Below, piece by piece: positions 30,883 through 47,283 of a stretch of DNA of 64,000 nt. The notes beneath the pieces are model-generated. The model worked only from the letters and a program-made list of their open reading frames with translations. It was not told the origin of the DNA and searched no databases. The translations under genes were made by a program, and so were the position numbers. The stretch's first letter is position 1, and each line of letters begins with the position of its first letter. This DNA is from the human T2T-CHM13v2.0 reference genome, Homo sapiens: NCBI RefSeq assembly GCF_009914755.1, contig NC_060932.1, one strand, 5' to 3'.

Positions 30883-31844
30883 CAGTACCTCAGCTTCATA
30901 TACATACTTTCTTTTCTTTTAGAGACTCAGAGGCAGACATAGAAACAAAATGCAATTTTCAGTATTTATCCAGAACTATACCTTTTGTTAGAATATAAAG
31001 ATTTGTTGGGATCCAGTGTTACTTATCTACTGCTCTTGGCTCTGAATGGTATTTATTTATTTCAAATATTCAGACTCACCCCTCAAATAATCAAGATTTG
31101 GCATCACTGGGACAATTAAGAAGGATGACCTGTAGGCCGTAAATGTAGTTGTGAATGAAGAGTACCAAATATGTTTTTATCAGTGAAACACTGATTTGCT
31201 TAGCTTATGAATACTTAGAAAGACAACACATTTTAGTCTGTCTAATCCACTAGCATAGTCAGGACCTTATGGTTTAAATTCTAGCCCCATGTAACTTCCT
31301 TCCCAGTTCACCCCCAATATTGGCATTTACTAACTGGTAGTATCTTAGGCATCTTACTTAGATTCTTGAAATTTACAATTTCTTCATTGTAAAATATGGT
31401 TAATACTACATTTTTCATGTTTTGGTTGTGATAAATTGCATTAATCACAGTGCCTAGCTTGGTAATTGGTGGCTACTGTTATTAATTATAGTAATAGCAG
31501 TGATCGAATTTCTCTTGGATTATTTCATGATTTTATGAAGGGTAACAGGGTTTTCTAATTCTGTAAAAGAAAGGAATGAGTTAAAACTAGAAGGAATTTA
31601 GGTGGATTAAAAGAAAAACCAGTGGATTTTAAAAACTCGAACAGGATGACAATTATTCATCGTATGACATTGTATTATTTGTTTTCTAACATGTTTCCTT
31701 TGAATGGACCGTATGGGTGCTTTGTTAACATATACCTCAATTTTTTCATGAGGCAAATAGTTGTTAATGTCTAATACAAAAGATGGCCATTACATATTAT
31801 AAAGTGCTCATTATTGGTGTATATATCACCTTTGATATAGGAGA

Positions 31845-32137
31845 TTATTTTATTTTATATTTTTGAGATAGAGTCTTACTCTGCCGCCCAGGCTTGAGTG
31901 CAGTGGCATGATCTCGGCTTACAGCAACCTCCGCCTCCTGGGTTCAAGTGATTCTCCTGCCTCAGCCTCCTGAGTAGCTGGGATTACAGGTGCACACCAC
32001 CATGCCCAGCTAATTTCTATATTTTCAGTAGAGACGGGGTTTCACCAGGCTGGGGTTGAACTCCTGACCTCAAGTGATCCGCCTGTCTTGGCCTCCCAAA
32101 GTGCTGGGATTACAGGTGTGAGCCACTGTACCCAGCC
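31845..32137 (-). mobile_element. AluS
   Basis: Dimer; TSD TGATATAGGAGA (31833-31844 and 32138-32149). Confidence 0.92.
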
Positions 32138-32359
32138 TGATATAGGAGACGATTTTAATTAGTATGTGGGAAACTTTAATTTTAGAAATTATTTATTTTA
32201 CTGTGTATTAGGAAAAATATATCCCACATATTTATACACATGATTTCAAATATTACTGCTTAAGATAATAGTGGAATAAAAGTTTGCTTATAAAATAAAT
32301 TTATTATAATCTAAATATAGTAAAATGAGTAAATTTAAAGAAAAAATATTAATAGTATT

Positions 32360-32610
32360 GTTAATAATTATTGAGTGGTTATTATATATGACACACTCTT
32401 GTACATACTTGCTATCTATTGTGTCATTTAGTCCTCACAGCAGTTTAGAGAGGTAGGTACTATCATTATTTCCATTGTACAAATGAGAATACGAGACATT
32501 AGCGAACAGAGAAGTAAACATTCTTGCCCTTAGTTATGAATCTAGTAAGTGGCAGAGCTGGAATATCAATCCATGTACTCTGACAGTGTCTGACCTCTTA
32601 GCCCCTATGT
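32360..32610 (-). mobile_element. MIR
   Basis: 'gaggtaggtactatcattatttccattgtacaaatgag...ctagtaagtggcagagctgg'. Confidence 0.75.
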
Positions 32611-34209
32611 AATAACTGCTGCTTCTTCAATAAATAATAGTACAAAGGATATATGGATAGGGTAGTAATAAAGTTGGTATACAAATACATGAAGTTTGTA
32701 CAAACTGCTCTAGATAATGAAATATTTCTAATCTACAAAGAACGTATTTTCATATGTGTATAAAATTGAATAGAGATGCATTCAAAGAATGTATTAAGAT
32801 TATTCTAAATATTAAAGGGAACATTATTGTCATTCACATAATGAAATAATACTTTATTTAAAAAAACAAAGTATGGCGAAGTATAGTAAGTTTTTTTCAC
32901 CACTTCTGCACCTGCTTCTGTGAAAAGGAAATATTCATAGTTTATAAGGAGTGAAAGTTGGTTTTTTAGGTCATTCACAACTGCATTCCAAACTGTTTGA
33001 TATTTTAGCTTCAGGATTTAACATCCTAACAAAAGTCATGTGACATCAGCAGTGAGGTGCACTGAGAGCTCTCTCAGGAATACTCTTAATAGAAAGGAAG
33101 ACTTTAGGTCTGTGAGGTTGTGCGGGCTTGAATGTGATTTTTATTTGATATATGAGCTGTGACATAACTGTTGCATGACTGAGATGTGCTTGTAAGTGCT
33201 GTACTATGCAGATGGGTTTTTTTTCTGAAACAAAGCCAAAAATAAAATCTTGAATGTGTTCATGTAGTGGGAAAAGAATACTTCATAGAAACATATGGAA
33301 ACATTTCTAAGTTTTTTTCATTATATGAACCTTTTACTTTCTAAGCATTTTTATGATTGTTCAAGTTAACATGTCATTTACCTCATATTTTCCAAGTTTA
33401 GTGAGACATGGGAAATCTTATAGTACTCTGATGTTTGGAAACAACCAGATAATTTTTAGGAATGCACATTTTAGGATTAGGTGAAATGATTATTAGAAAA
33501 TTAGGATTGAATAATGGGTTTATTTTTCATTACATTATTAATCATAAGACTATAGCTAATTAATTATATTAATCTGATGGGATTTGATGAGGAGATGTAT
33601 TGAGTGGTTTCTTTTTACTCACTTTTAAATTAAAGCATAGGACAACATTAAAGGAAATCATAAAAGTAAAAAGATACAAGTATAGCATGACTGTTTTTAA
33701 TTCTCCACATTCCCTTCCAACTCATGTCTTCGTATATACATTTTTACATGTTTTTTATTTATTATATGTTTACCATTTTATGTTATGCTCTTCTTTTCAT
33801 AACATTATGTTTTAAAATTTCTCTTTGGTGGTCACGTACCACTCTGATTGTCTCTCTCATTGTGGGAAGCATACAAATAGAAAATTTTCTTAGATTCAAA
33901 GTTCCTCCCAAGGTCTCATTTTATCTTCCTCTTTTCTGTCACAGAGAAATGACTTAGAATTATGTACATGTTGCCTCTCCAGTTAGCTTTGATGCTGAGT
34001 CCGGTGTATATTTTGTAGTTCTAACTTCCTGACTCTGTATTTGACATACGTAGAACTCTCTTCTGATTTGTGGGCTCTTCTCCTTTGTCTTTTTATCGTT
34101 GATCTTAAGAGAATACACTGAGTAATCTCTTTCTCCTGTGTTGCTTCAGCTACAACCCATACACTGACAACTGCTTCATTTAATGCTGTAGCCCAGAACA
34201 TCTTCCTGA

Positions 34210-34542
<333 letters not shown>

Positions 34543-34897
34543 AACTGTTATTTTCTAATCAGAGCTAATGGTATCACAATTCACCCCTTGTTTTATGTAA
34601 AACACCTAGGAATTCTCTTTAACTTAAATTTTCTCTTGTCTGCATCTTGTAAGTCATCATGTTCTGTTATTTCTTCCTGCTAAACCTTCCTGGGCTCTAC
34701 TTTGTGTTACCATGCTTTTGTTTCTAATAGTACTGTTGTAATAATATCTTTCCAAGTTCTCTCTTGTTGTTTTGCAATTCATTCTCTCCAATGCTGTCTC
34801 AGTGATCTTTCTAAAATGGAATTCTGATTGTATCCTTCAGTGTTTTCTCATTTGTCCTCAAGATAAAGTTGGAACTTCTTCCCATGTTAGTACATGA

Positions 34898-35174
<277 letters not shown>

Positions 35175-35759
35175 GAACTACTTATAGTACATTTCTAGCC
35201 AAAACATAGAGTCTCTCATACCTCCTTGCTGTTGCACATGCTACTGCATCTTCCTGCAAAATCTTCCCTACTCTCATAACCATTTCTTCTTCTTGTCTGC
35301 TTAACCTGTTTTCCATTAAGACATAGCTGAAGCTTCAAATCCTTCAGACTGCTTTAGGTGTACTTCTTTTAAGTTCCCAGAGTGTGCTTTCTAACATCTT
35401 GTGCCAGTTATATAGTATATGCCTTACATACTTTTAAATTGAATTATTTAATATTATTCCACTGACGTCCTTTTTTAAAGAAATTCATTAACACTTGAAA
35501 TTTAGGTGATTTATTGTTTCTTAGATACAGCATTTTGTATCTTCATGCATGTTGATATTTTTAAGTTATTTTCCTGCAAAAATTTCTGAGAGCACAAATA
35601 TTGGGTCAAAATTAAGGACACTTCTTATGACTCTTGGGCATTGCCTTTCAGGTAATGATTCTTAATATCAATCTTGCCTAAATTACATGTTATAGGTATA
35701 GTAATTTTCAGAAAGCAAGACTCTTGGTGCTGATAACATTTTCTCTGTGTAAAGAAATT

Positions 35760-36140
35760 TTTTAAAACGGATACATAATATTTTACATATTTATGTGATA
35801 TATGTGATATTTTGTTGCATGCGTAAAATGGGTAATAATCAGGTCAGAATATTTGGACTATCCATAACCTTGAGTATTTATCATTTCTATATGTTGAGAA
35901 CATTTCAGTTTCTTTCTTTGAGTTACTTCAAAATATACAATACATTGTTGCTATTAGCCTCCCTACTCTGCCATCAACATTAGAACTTATACCTTCTGTC
36001 TAACTGTATGTTTGTACTCATTGACCCATTTCTCTTCATCTCCTGCAACTCATCCACACACTCTTCCCAGCCTCTGGTATCTATCATTCTACTGTCCACC
36101 TTCATGATACCAACTTTTTTAGCTCTTACATATGACTGAG
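35760..36140 (-). mobile_element. L1MA 3' UTR fragment
   Basis: 'atttatcatttctatatgttgagaacattt...tagaacttataccttctgtctaactgtatgtttgtac'. Confidence 0.8.
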
Positions 36141-37913
36141 AAAAAGAAATATTTTATCATTAAGAAAAACCTAATCTTGACCTAATATTAATTTTTGTAT
36201 TCTATAAACATATATAGACACTATTGTATGTTAATCTCTGTACAAGGCACTGGGAACACATATAGTAAAAGTCTTCCCCTCCCTGTTTCTTTCCTTGGTT
36301 ATTTTCAAAATCGATTTGTCAAGAACTCTGAAAAGTAACGTACATAATATAATTCATACATGTTTATTGTACTCATTGGAGCTGCCTGTTAAATATGAAG
36401 AAATATCAATGTTATATTTAACCTATTAATGCCATAAGTGTAAAATATTTTGTTATTTATAGTTTAGGGAATGGCTTAATTACTTGAAAAACTGCCTTTT
36501 TCCATATTAACATTTTTGCTTTTATCTTTTAGATTTTAGGAAGGTTGTTTTAATTAGGATCAGATTTTAATAATGAGCAGCAAAAATGAGGTGCTTTTTT
36601 TTGGAAAATATAATTAGTAGATTGCTGAATGAAGTTCAGTTTTATTTTTTTAACAAGTTGAATGATGATTAGGATTTATAATATGGTTTATTTGTGTGTA
36701 CTTCTTAAACTGTTCTGGTATGTTTCATATATCCATATTAAAATACAAGTAGTAGATGGTTATACTATTTCTTTGTACATGATATCCACACAAGAACTCT
36801 TTGTACTGTTGGTGGTAGTGTTATACAGTTCCACACTATAGTAAGTGAATATATTACCTCAACCATTAATCAGCCTACCATTGCCATTGATGACCCAATG
36901 CTTAAGTTGTAACACTATGCTGCTGACCCAGACTCTGGGGGCTTATTTTTATTTTTTGATGCATTGCTGTAGGCAATTTTAAGGGTGTGGAACCAAGCCA
37001 TTTTCTCTCTTGGACTCATTTCCACTTTTATTTCCTATGGGAGGCTTAGCCTTCCTTTCAAATATTTGAATTTCTAAATTGTTCACCTATTCTGTGATTA
37101 CTAGGTGGAGGAGTAATGCCCATTTTAACATACTGAATTTAAAAAAATAAAATGGCTTAACTGTTCTCAGAAAATAAAATGGCTTAGCAATTCTCAAAAT
37201 TAAAATTTTGTAATTTGTGAAATGCTTTTCTTATAGAAACTTTATTTTTTTCATGGATTACTTTTATTTTGTGCTTATGTGCTAGGAATGTTTGGCTTGG
37301 TTTTTGTCCCTGGAGAGTGCAGTTGAGAACTGACAGGTTATATGAAGTTGAAAAGAAATTTAATGAGTTGTAAAAACCAGTGTTTCATTTTTCCTTGGTA
37401 ACTAATATGTACTTGTGAGGAAGTGTCCTAAAAAATTTAAAACGAATAGGCCTTCAGGTTGCCTAGTAGCTTTCAATTTTAACATTAATGAATGTATCTC
37501 AAAAATGAAAATAATTTTATTCACTAAGAAAAATACAGTTATTTTATTTTTAGAACGTGAATGTTTGGGGCTTGAATTTGCTGGCCATAGTTATCCAATC
37601 TCACAGATAAAATATATGTAATCCATATAGTTTTAAAGTTTTTTTTTTTAAACTCACTTTTAGTTTGTTTCCTTTCTTTATCAAGAAATTGATGGAACAT
37701 TCTACTTGTACCAGGTACATTATGAGGCACTGGGGTTTTTAATGCGAAGAAGGTACAGATTGCGGGAGCTCCTTTAATAGGGAAACAGATATATAAGCAC
37801 GTAATTATAATAGTGTGTGGTAAGTACTGCTGGACGTTCAAAAGGAAGCCGTGAGAAAACAGCAGATGATTATATTTGAAGGCTTCAGAGAAGAGTTGAC
37901 ATTTTCAGGTTAG

Positions 37914-37939
37914 GGTGTGTGTGTCTGTGTGTGTGTGTG
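37914..37939. repeat. (TG)n microsatellite, one interruption
   Basis: Seen directly. Confidence 0.85.
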
Positions 37940-38482
37940 TTAATGTTAGTGGAGGATGAGTGTGATAGTAAGCTCAATCATCACATGTTTCACATAAAAT
38001 GAATCTTCTGTGCGCTGTTAAAAATGGCATTTTATTTGTAGGTATAAGGAGTGATTTTTGAAATGGAAACAGGCCTGGTTAGGTTTTCCAGAAAGTTGAC
38101 CCTGTGATGGAATTAGGACTGCAAACTGCGTACTAGAGAGCAACACCTGTGAAAAAAAGGGTCGGGAACAAGATTGGTTGGAAAGAGTCATCACATTGTG
38201 AAGCTGATTTTGCAGTCTCTGGGCAACCCAGCAGGGACCTCTGGAACAAAGGTTGTTGGAATATTCCTGCATTAGTGGAAATGGCTAGGTCCTTCTACCA
38301 CCATTATTCAGGCATTGGCTCTGGGCTTCTCCATGAGGAGAATGCCCTTGGCTGAAAAGCTGAAGTCAACTTAATAAAAGCTAACAGCTGAAGACTGTCA
38401 GCTAATCATGCTCCTTGTAGCCAGGCAATGTGTTCTTTGTTGAAGGTGGGGGTGGACTTTGGGATGATACTAATTATTCATG

Positions 38483-38900
38483 GATTGATTGATTGATTGA
38501 TTGATTGATTCAGTGAGTGTTAACAGTTTGACACTATGTACTAGGGTTAGGGCTGGGTATGGGTGATAGGAACAAAACAGACATGTCCTTGTTCTCATGT
38601 AGAGAAAAGGTATGGAAGAAGAATTTTCTAAGCAAACAGAAAATCTGATATAAAGGACCGTTACGGGCAAAACCTTGGCTTAAAGGAGAGATAGAAGGCC
38701 ACTTTGGCTAAAGAATTCTGAGATTAAAAAAAGAGATTACAGGGAAACAAGGTCAGAGAGTTTGGCAGGTGTCATACTCTAAAGCCTTGCAAGCCACAGT
38801 AAGAATTTTGGATTTTATTCAAATAGCATTGGGAGGTCAGTGGAGGGTTTCAACCAAAGGAGTGATACAGTTTGACTTATGGTTTAGAAAGTTTACTCCT
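38483..38900 (-). mobile_element. L2 fragment with (GATT)n at its 3' end
   Basis: (gatt)n at 38483-38509; 'ttttggattttattc...gggagg..tggagggtttc...tgacttatggttta' is L2-like. Confidence 0.65.
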
Positions 38901-40276
38901 GCTTACCTGTTTCCACATTCAATAGTCATAATGCAAATATATCTTGACTTCTGACTTATACAATGTTGTCACTTGGATAATTCTTTCACATCACCAGTAA
39001 TTGTGTAACATCTGCAGAAAACACACATTAATTCCATTATTAGAGTTTATTTTTCCCATTTTCTGTGTTTCTGTAGTAACTCATTAACCAGTTATTTTGC
39101 TTTTAAGTAACTATTACTGAATTGTAAGAGCCATATTAATTTTAATTTTTAGTTGGGTATATAGAACTTATTATACATGTTGGGGTTTTTTTTGCCTATT
39201 CATAGCTCTGAAAAAAGTAAATAAAATGCTTGTGTAGGAATTTTATTTAGGCATTTTAAACTCTTCATGTGAATATCTTGAGTCGTTAAAGTTTAGTCCC
39301 TTACTCGATCCATATGGCTCTCTGTTGTAGTACAGGACACAATTGAAAGCTCCTAGGTTTCCTGCATATAGCAGGGACCTGCACAGTGCTGCCTTCTAGA
39401 ACTGCTTTTATTTTCCTTGAGGTCAGAAGTCCTCCTCCCATAGGAAATTTTAGATCTCATTCCCCTCCAAAATATTGACTTGCCTAATTGAAAGTTATTT
39501 TATTCATGTTGATTCTTATTTAAGATTTATAATTGTTTATGAAAACCAGGTTCCAGTTCTGAGAAATGTCTTCTCAGTACCAAAGTTTGAACCTTGGCCA
39601 CACCATTTGTTAACCATATGATTTAGGCAAGTCTCTTTACCTCTTTAACAATCAGTTTCCTCCTCTGTAGAACGGGGAACACCGGTAGAACTTGCTTTAT
39701 AGAGTATAGTGAGAAGTAAGTGAAATAATATAGAATGTCTGGTATACCATGACTGTTCTATAAATGGAAATTGTTACAGTTTTACTGTTACTTTTAATAG
39801 ATTATTACTTTATTAGGGATAGTAGAAATGCAGATTCAAGTTGGGCATTCATCTGAAATCTACTCTGGTTTCAGCTTTGGCCTTGGCCTTTGGGAAATTG
39901 AATAGCAGCATTGTCACTTCAGTGTCATTTGTGGCATTCCTGAATTTGTGTGTGAAAATGCTTACCATTATATCTAGCAGCCTAACATTTCTTTGATAAA
40001 TGAGGCATGTCATCTGGACTTTTTGTTAATGTTTCAGTGTTTATTTTTAATTACAGGTAAGCATTCTAAATGTAATAGACAATGAACATATGCTTATATG
40101 CTTTATGTGTTAAAGTTCTGTCAATGAGTTAAAGTATAAGTGTTTATCACCAGAGTAAAATACTATAATTGTCAATAATTGTAGAAGCTGTTAGTTTCAT
40201 GTATAGAAATCGTGATTTCACAAGTTCAAATATTAGGTCAGGAGATTGACAGTTAACACAAATACTAACCTAGTAC

Positions 40277-43625
<3,349 letters not shown>

Positions 43626-45260
43626 CCTAGTACATTATTAACTTTATGAAAGTCTAATTTTTCTAAGTCAAAATGTTCATAAACATTTAAATAAAAATAA
43701 GACATTAATGGAGGTTGCATTATATCCTCATTCTTTGTATAATTTATAAAATTGTTTAATGTACAAGCATTAATAAAACATTTAAACTATATACATTTTC
43801 TATTTAATTGCAACAAGTCTCCCAAAGTAATGCCCTATTTGGGATTTATTCACATTTATAAGATTGAATTAAAAGGAGAAATAGAATGTTTGAGGAAGGG
43901 GAACAAAATGATTAACAGTATCCAAGAAAATAATCCTTGACTCAAATATAATAATGAAAAAATATGAAGAGTATGAAAAGAAGAAAGTGTTAGAGAAAAA
44001 TTAGATCATCTAGAACACACCTTACTTTCTCAGTAATCTTAAAATAATAGAATTTTACAAGAGTGCTTTACAACCATTTCTGTGTAGATTTTTAATTAAT
44101 GAATTGTTGGTATAGGGGAAAGAAAATATAATTAGTTGCTAGAAGTATCAGCATCTTCAGTGCTTCCAAAAAAGTCTTGCTCCCACATCTATTTCAGTTG
44201 GAATTGAACACCTTCTTTGTTACTACAAATATGTAGAGACTATAGTAATAATGTAGCAGCTGACAGCAGGTGAGAAATTGAGTACCATGCTATCGTATTA
44301 AAAATCAACTCTTAACATGCTTAATAGAAATTTATATTGAAAATTTATTTTAAATAAAATTCTACATTTATCTTTGTATTCCAAAAAGTCATTCTGCAAT
44401 GATATTTGGCTTTTGCCGCAGCTTAGTAGTGTGCTATATTTTAACAATATGGAAAGTAGTAAAATCTGTACCTTTTCTGTGTGCCTATCATATTTATTAA
44501 TTTACCCAAATTATACAGAATGTTGGGTAAGTTTAGAAGAAAGTATTTTTAACAGCAAAATCCTGTGTTTTCAGCCTACATTTTTTTAGAGGCTAGTTTC
44601 TATTTTAATTAATAATTTAGTAGGCTGCATATTATATATAAAATTTAAAGAAGTTTTTGTGTTTCAACATAGAGGAATTGCTAATTATTTTCTTCTTAAG
44701 TGATGCGTTACATTAAATCCACTGAAGTACTTTTCAACATAATTTATTACACAAGTACTACCATGTAACACATTTTCAGTGTTATTTCGTTTTCCCTCAG
44801 TTCTTTCATGAGATAGTTATTAGAACTACTTACTGTGAATTAGAGATAATAGAGACATAAAACAAAAATTTGCTTTTTTCCCTTCTACAGTAGAAAACAA
44901 TGGTAACCACTTATTTATTTCATTGTCAATAAATGAAAATAGAATAGTGTCTACTGGAAATGGGTGTGGAGATCTTAAAGTTTAAAAACAGCTGCGTAGT
45001 ATCCGAATAAGTAATATAGGATGCATTTTAACAATGCAAGAACTGGTTTGATTTAATTAACTGTGGTTTAATATGTTGTGCATCTCACTCATGGTATACC
45101 ATGGTGGCATTTACTGGCTGATGCTTCAAAGCACTACTGTTTTTCATCCACTATCATGGGTCAATTGTGTTGTAGAGGCATTATCTAAGGTCTGGAAAAC
45201 AGTTCTCAAGGATTTTGCTTTAATGATAGGTGTAACATCTAGTTCATTTGTTGATGTCAA

Positions 45261-45559
45261 TTTTTTTTTTTTTTTTAAAGACAGAATCTTGCTCTGCTGC
45301 CCGGGCTGGAGTGCAGTGGCGTGATCTCAGCTCACTGCAACCTCCGCTTCCCAGGTTCAAGCAATTCTCCTGACTCAGTCTCCTGAGTAGCTGGGATTAC
45401 AGGTGTGTGCCACCACGCCTGGCTAATTTTTGTATTTTTAGTAGAGACAGGGTTTGGCCATATTGGCCAGGCTGGTCTTGAACTCCTGGCCTCAAGTGAT
45501 CCACCTCCTTTGGCCCCCCAAAGTGCTAGGATTACAGGCATGAACTACCGTGCCTGACC
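45261..45559 (-). mobile_element. AluS
   Basis: Dimer with poly-T; degenerate TSD TGTTGAT(G/T)T(C/T)AA. Confidence 0.92.
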
Positions 45560-45907
45560 TGTTGATTTTAATTTGATGTAATCTCTAAGCTCTCTTCTTA
45601 ATGACTTTAAAGTTTGAAACTGTAATGTTTTTACCAAGTAGCTTTTAAATGATGTTTCCTGAAGGACAGAACAGATAAATTTGAATGATGTATTTCTAAA
45701 TACAGACAGCAGTGATCTTCATGTCCTATTACATTCACCCTATAAAATCACCTGGATGTTTTTAAAAAGGCAAATGGAGAATGGAGAAAAAAGAGGCATT
45801 GCTCACGTGATGTGTATAGTGTTCTAAGATTTCTTACATTTGATAATGCTGTGGTAGTTATCTTAGATATAAAGTAGTTTCAAAAATTCCAGTTCTATAA
45901 CCACATC

Positions 45908-46242
45908 TGATAGGGTTTAGCTGTGTCCCCACCCAGATCTCATCTTGAATTCCCACGTGTCGTGGGAGGGACCTGGTGGAAAGTCTTTCCTGTGCTGTTC
46001 TCATGATAGTGAATAAGTCTTACAAGATCTGATGGTTTTAAAAAGAGATGTTCCCCTTCACAAGCTCTCTCATTTTTTACCTGCCACCATCCATGTAAGA
46101 TGTGACTTGCTCCTCCTTGCCTTCCCCCATGATTGTGAGGCTTCCCCAGCCACATGGAACTGTAAGTCCAATTAAACCTCTTTCTGTAAATTGCTCAGTC
46201 TCGGGTATGTCTTTATCAGCAGTGCGAAAATGGACTAATACA
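45908..46242 (+). mobile_element. THE1 (A/B-like) solo LTR with small internal deletion
   Basis: 'tgatagggtttagctgtgtccccaccca...attaaacctc...ggactaataca'; 5-bp flanks ACATC / ACACC. Confidence 0.92.
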
Positions 46243-46654
46243 ACACCTTAACTTTTGAAGTAAATGAGATACCTGACGGTATTTCCCCCCAAGTAATTTG
46301 TGTTTGCTTTTACAGATACTTTTTGGATTACTTGATTAAAAATGCAAAAACTACTATAAAAATAGAGGATTATATCTCTTTAACATTTTATCACTGTTAT
46401 CTTTCAATACATTGACAATGCAAGGGTAATAGTTGAGGGTTTTTGTCAAAATGTTGGGGTAAGCAACCAGGCTAATGTAAAGTGGAGGCAAGGAAAATGT
46501 TTCAGTGAAAAGGAAAACAGGCCATGTAAATATATTGTCAGTGAAAAAAAGAAATGAATAAATAAACATTTGATAAAATTAATGACTGAAACAGAAAAAA
46601 TCACGAATGTTTTTGGATAATAGGCTATACCACAGGGATATAGAATTAATTGAG

Positions 46655-46840
46655 GAGGTGATGGTGAGGGATAAAAGACTACACATTGGGTATAGTGGTG
46701 TATGCTGCTTGAGTGATGAGTTCCCCAAAATTAGAGAAATCACCACTAAAGATCTTATCCATGTGACCCGAACCACCTGTTCCCCCAAAATTATTGAAAT
46801 AAAGTAAAATAAATTTTAAAAAATTCATACAAAAAAAAGA
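46655..46840 (+). mobile_element. L1MA/PB 3' terminal fragment
   Basis: 'gggataaaagactacacattggg...caccactaaagatcttatccatgt...ttgaaataaa' plus A-rich tail. Confidence 0.8.
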
Positions 46841-47249
46841 AAGTGTTTGTTACCTGACCTGCATTGTGCAGGTTGGGGTTATTTTTTTTTTTTTTTAATT
46901 AAGAATGGCAAACTCCTTCTGAAACTCTTAATGGCCTTCGTTTCTCCAATTTCAGGTCTTGCTGCTCTCATCCCTACTTCCTATAGGCTGTACTACCAGT
47001 AAGCTTCTGTAATAGGCCTCTAGGCAGTCCCAGTTCCTTCCTTAGGTTTGTGGGTCGTGCTTTTCCATTGCCTGGAGTACTTCAATTTACTCTACCCTCA
47101 TCCTCTTATCTAGTTTACTTTTCTTTATCCTTGAGTATACTATAGACCAGGATAGGGGTCCCTTTATAATTTCAAAGTGCCCTATACTTCCACTGTCATA
47201 GTACTTATATTAATTGTACACTTCTCTAAATTAGTGTAAGAGTTTGTGG

Positions 47250-47251
<2 letters not shown>

Positions 47252-47280
<29 letters not shown>
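47252..47280. repeat. (TG)n microsatellite
   Basis: About 14 perfect units. Confidence 0.9.
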
Positions 47281-47283
<3 letters not shown>

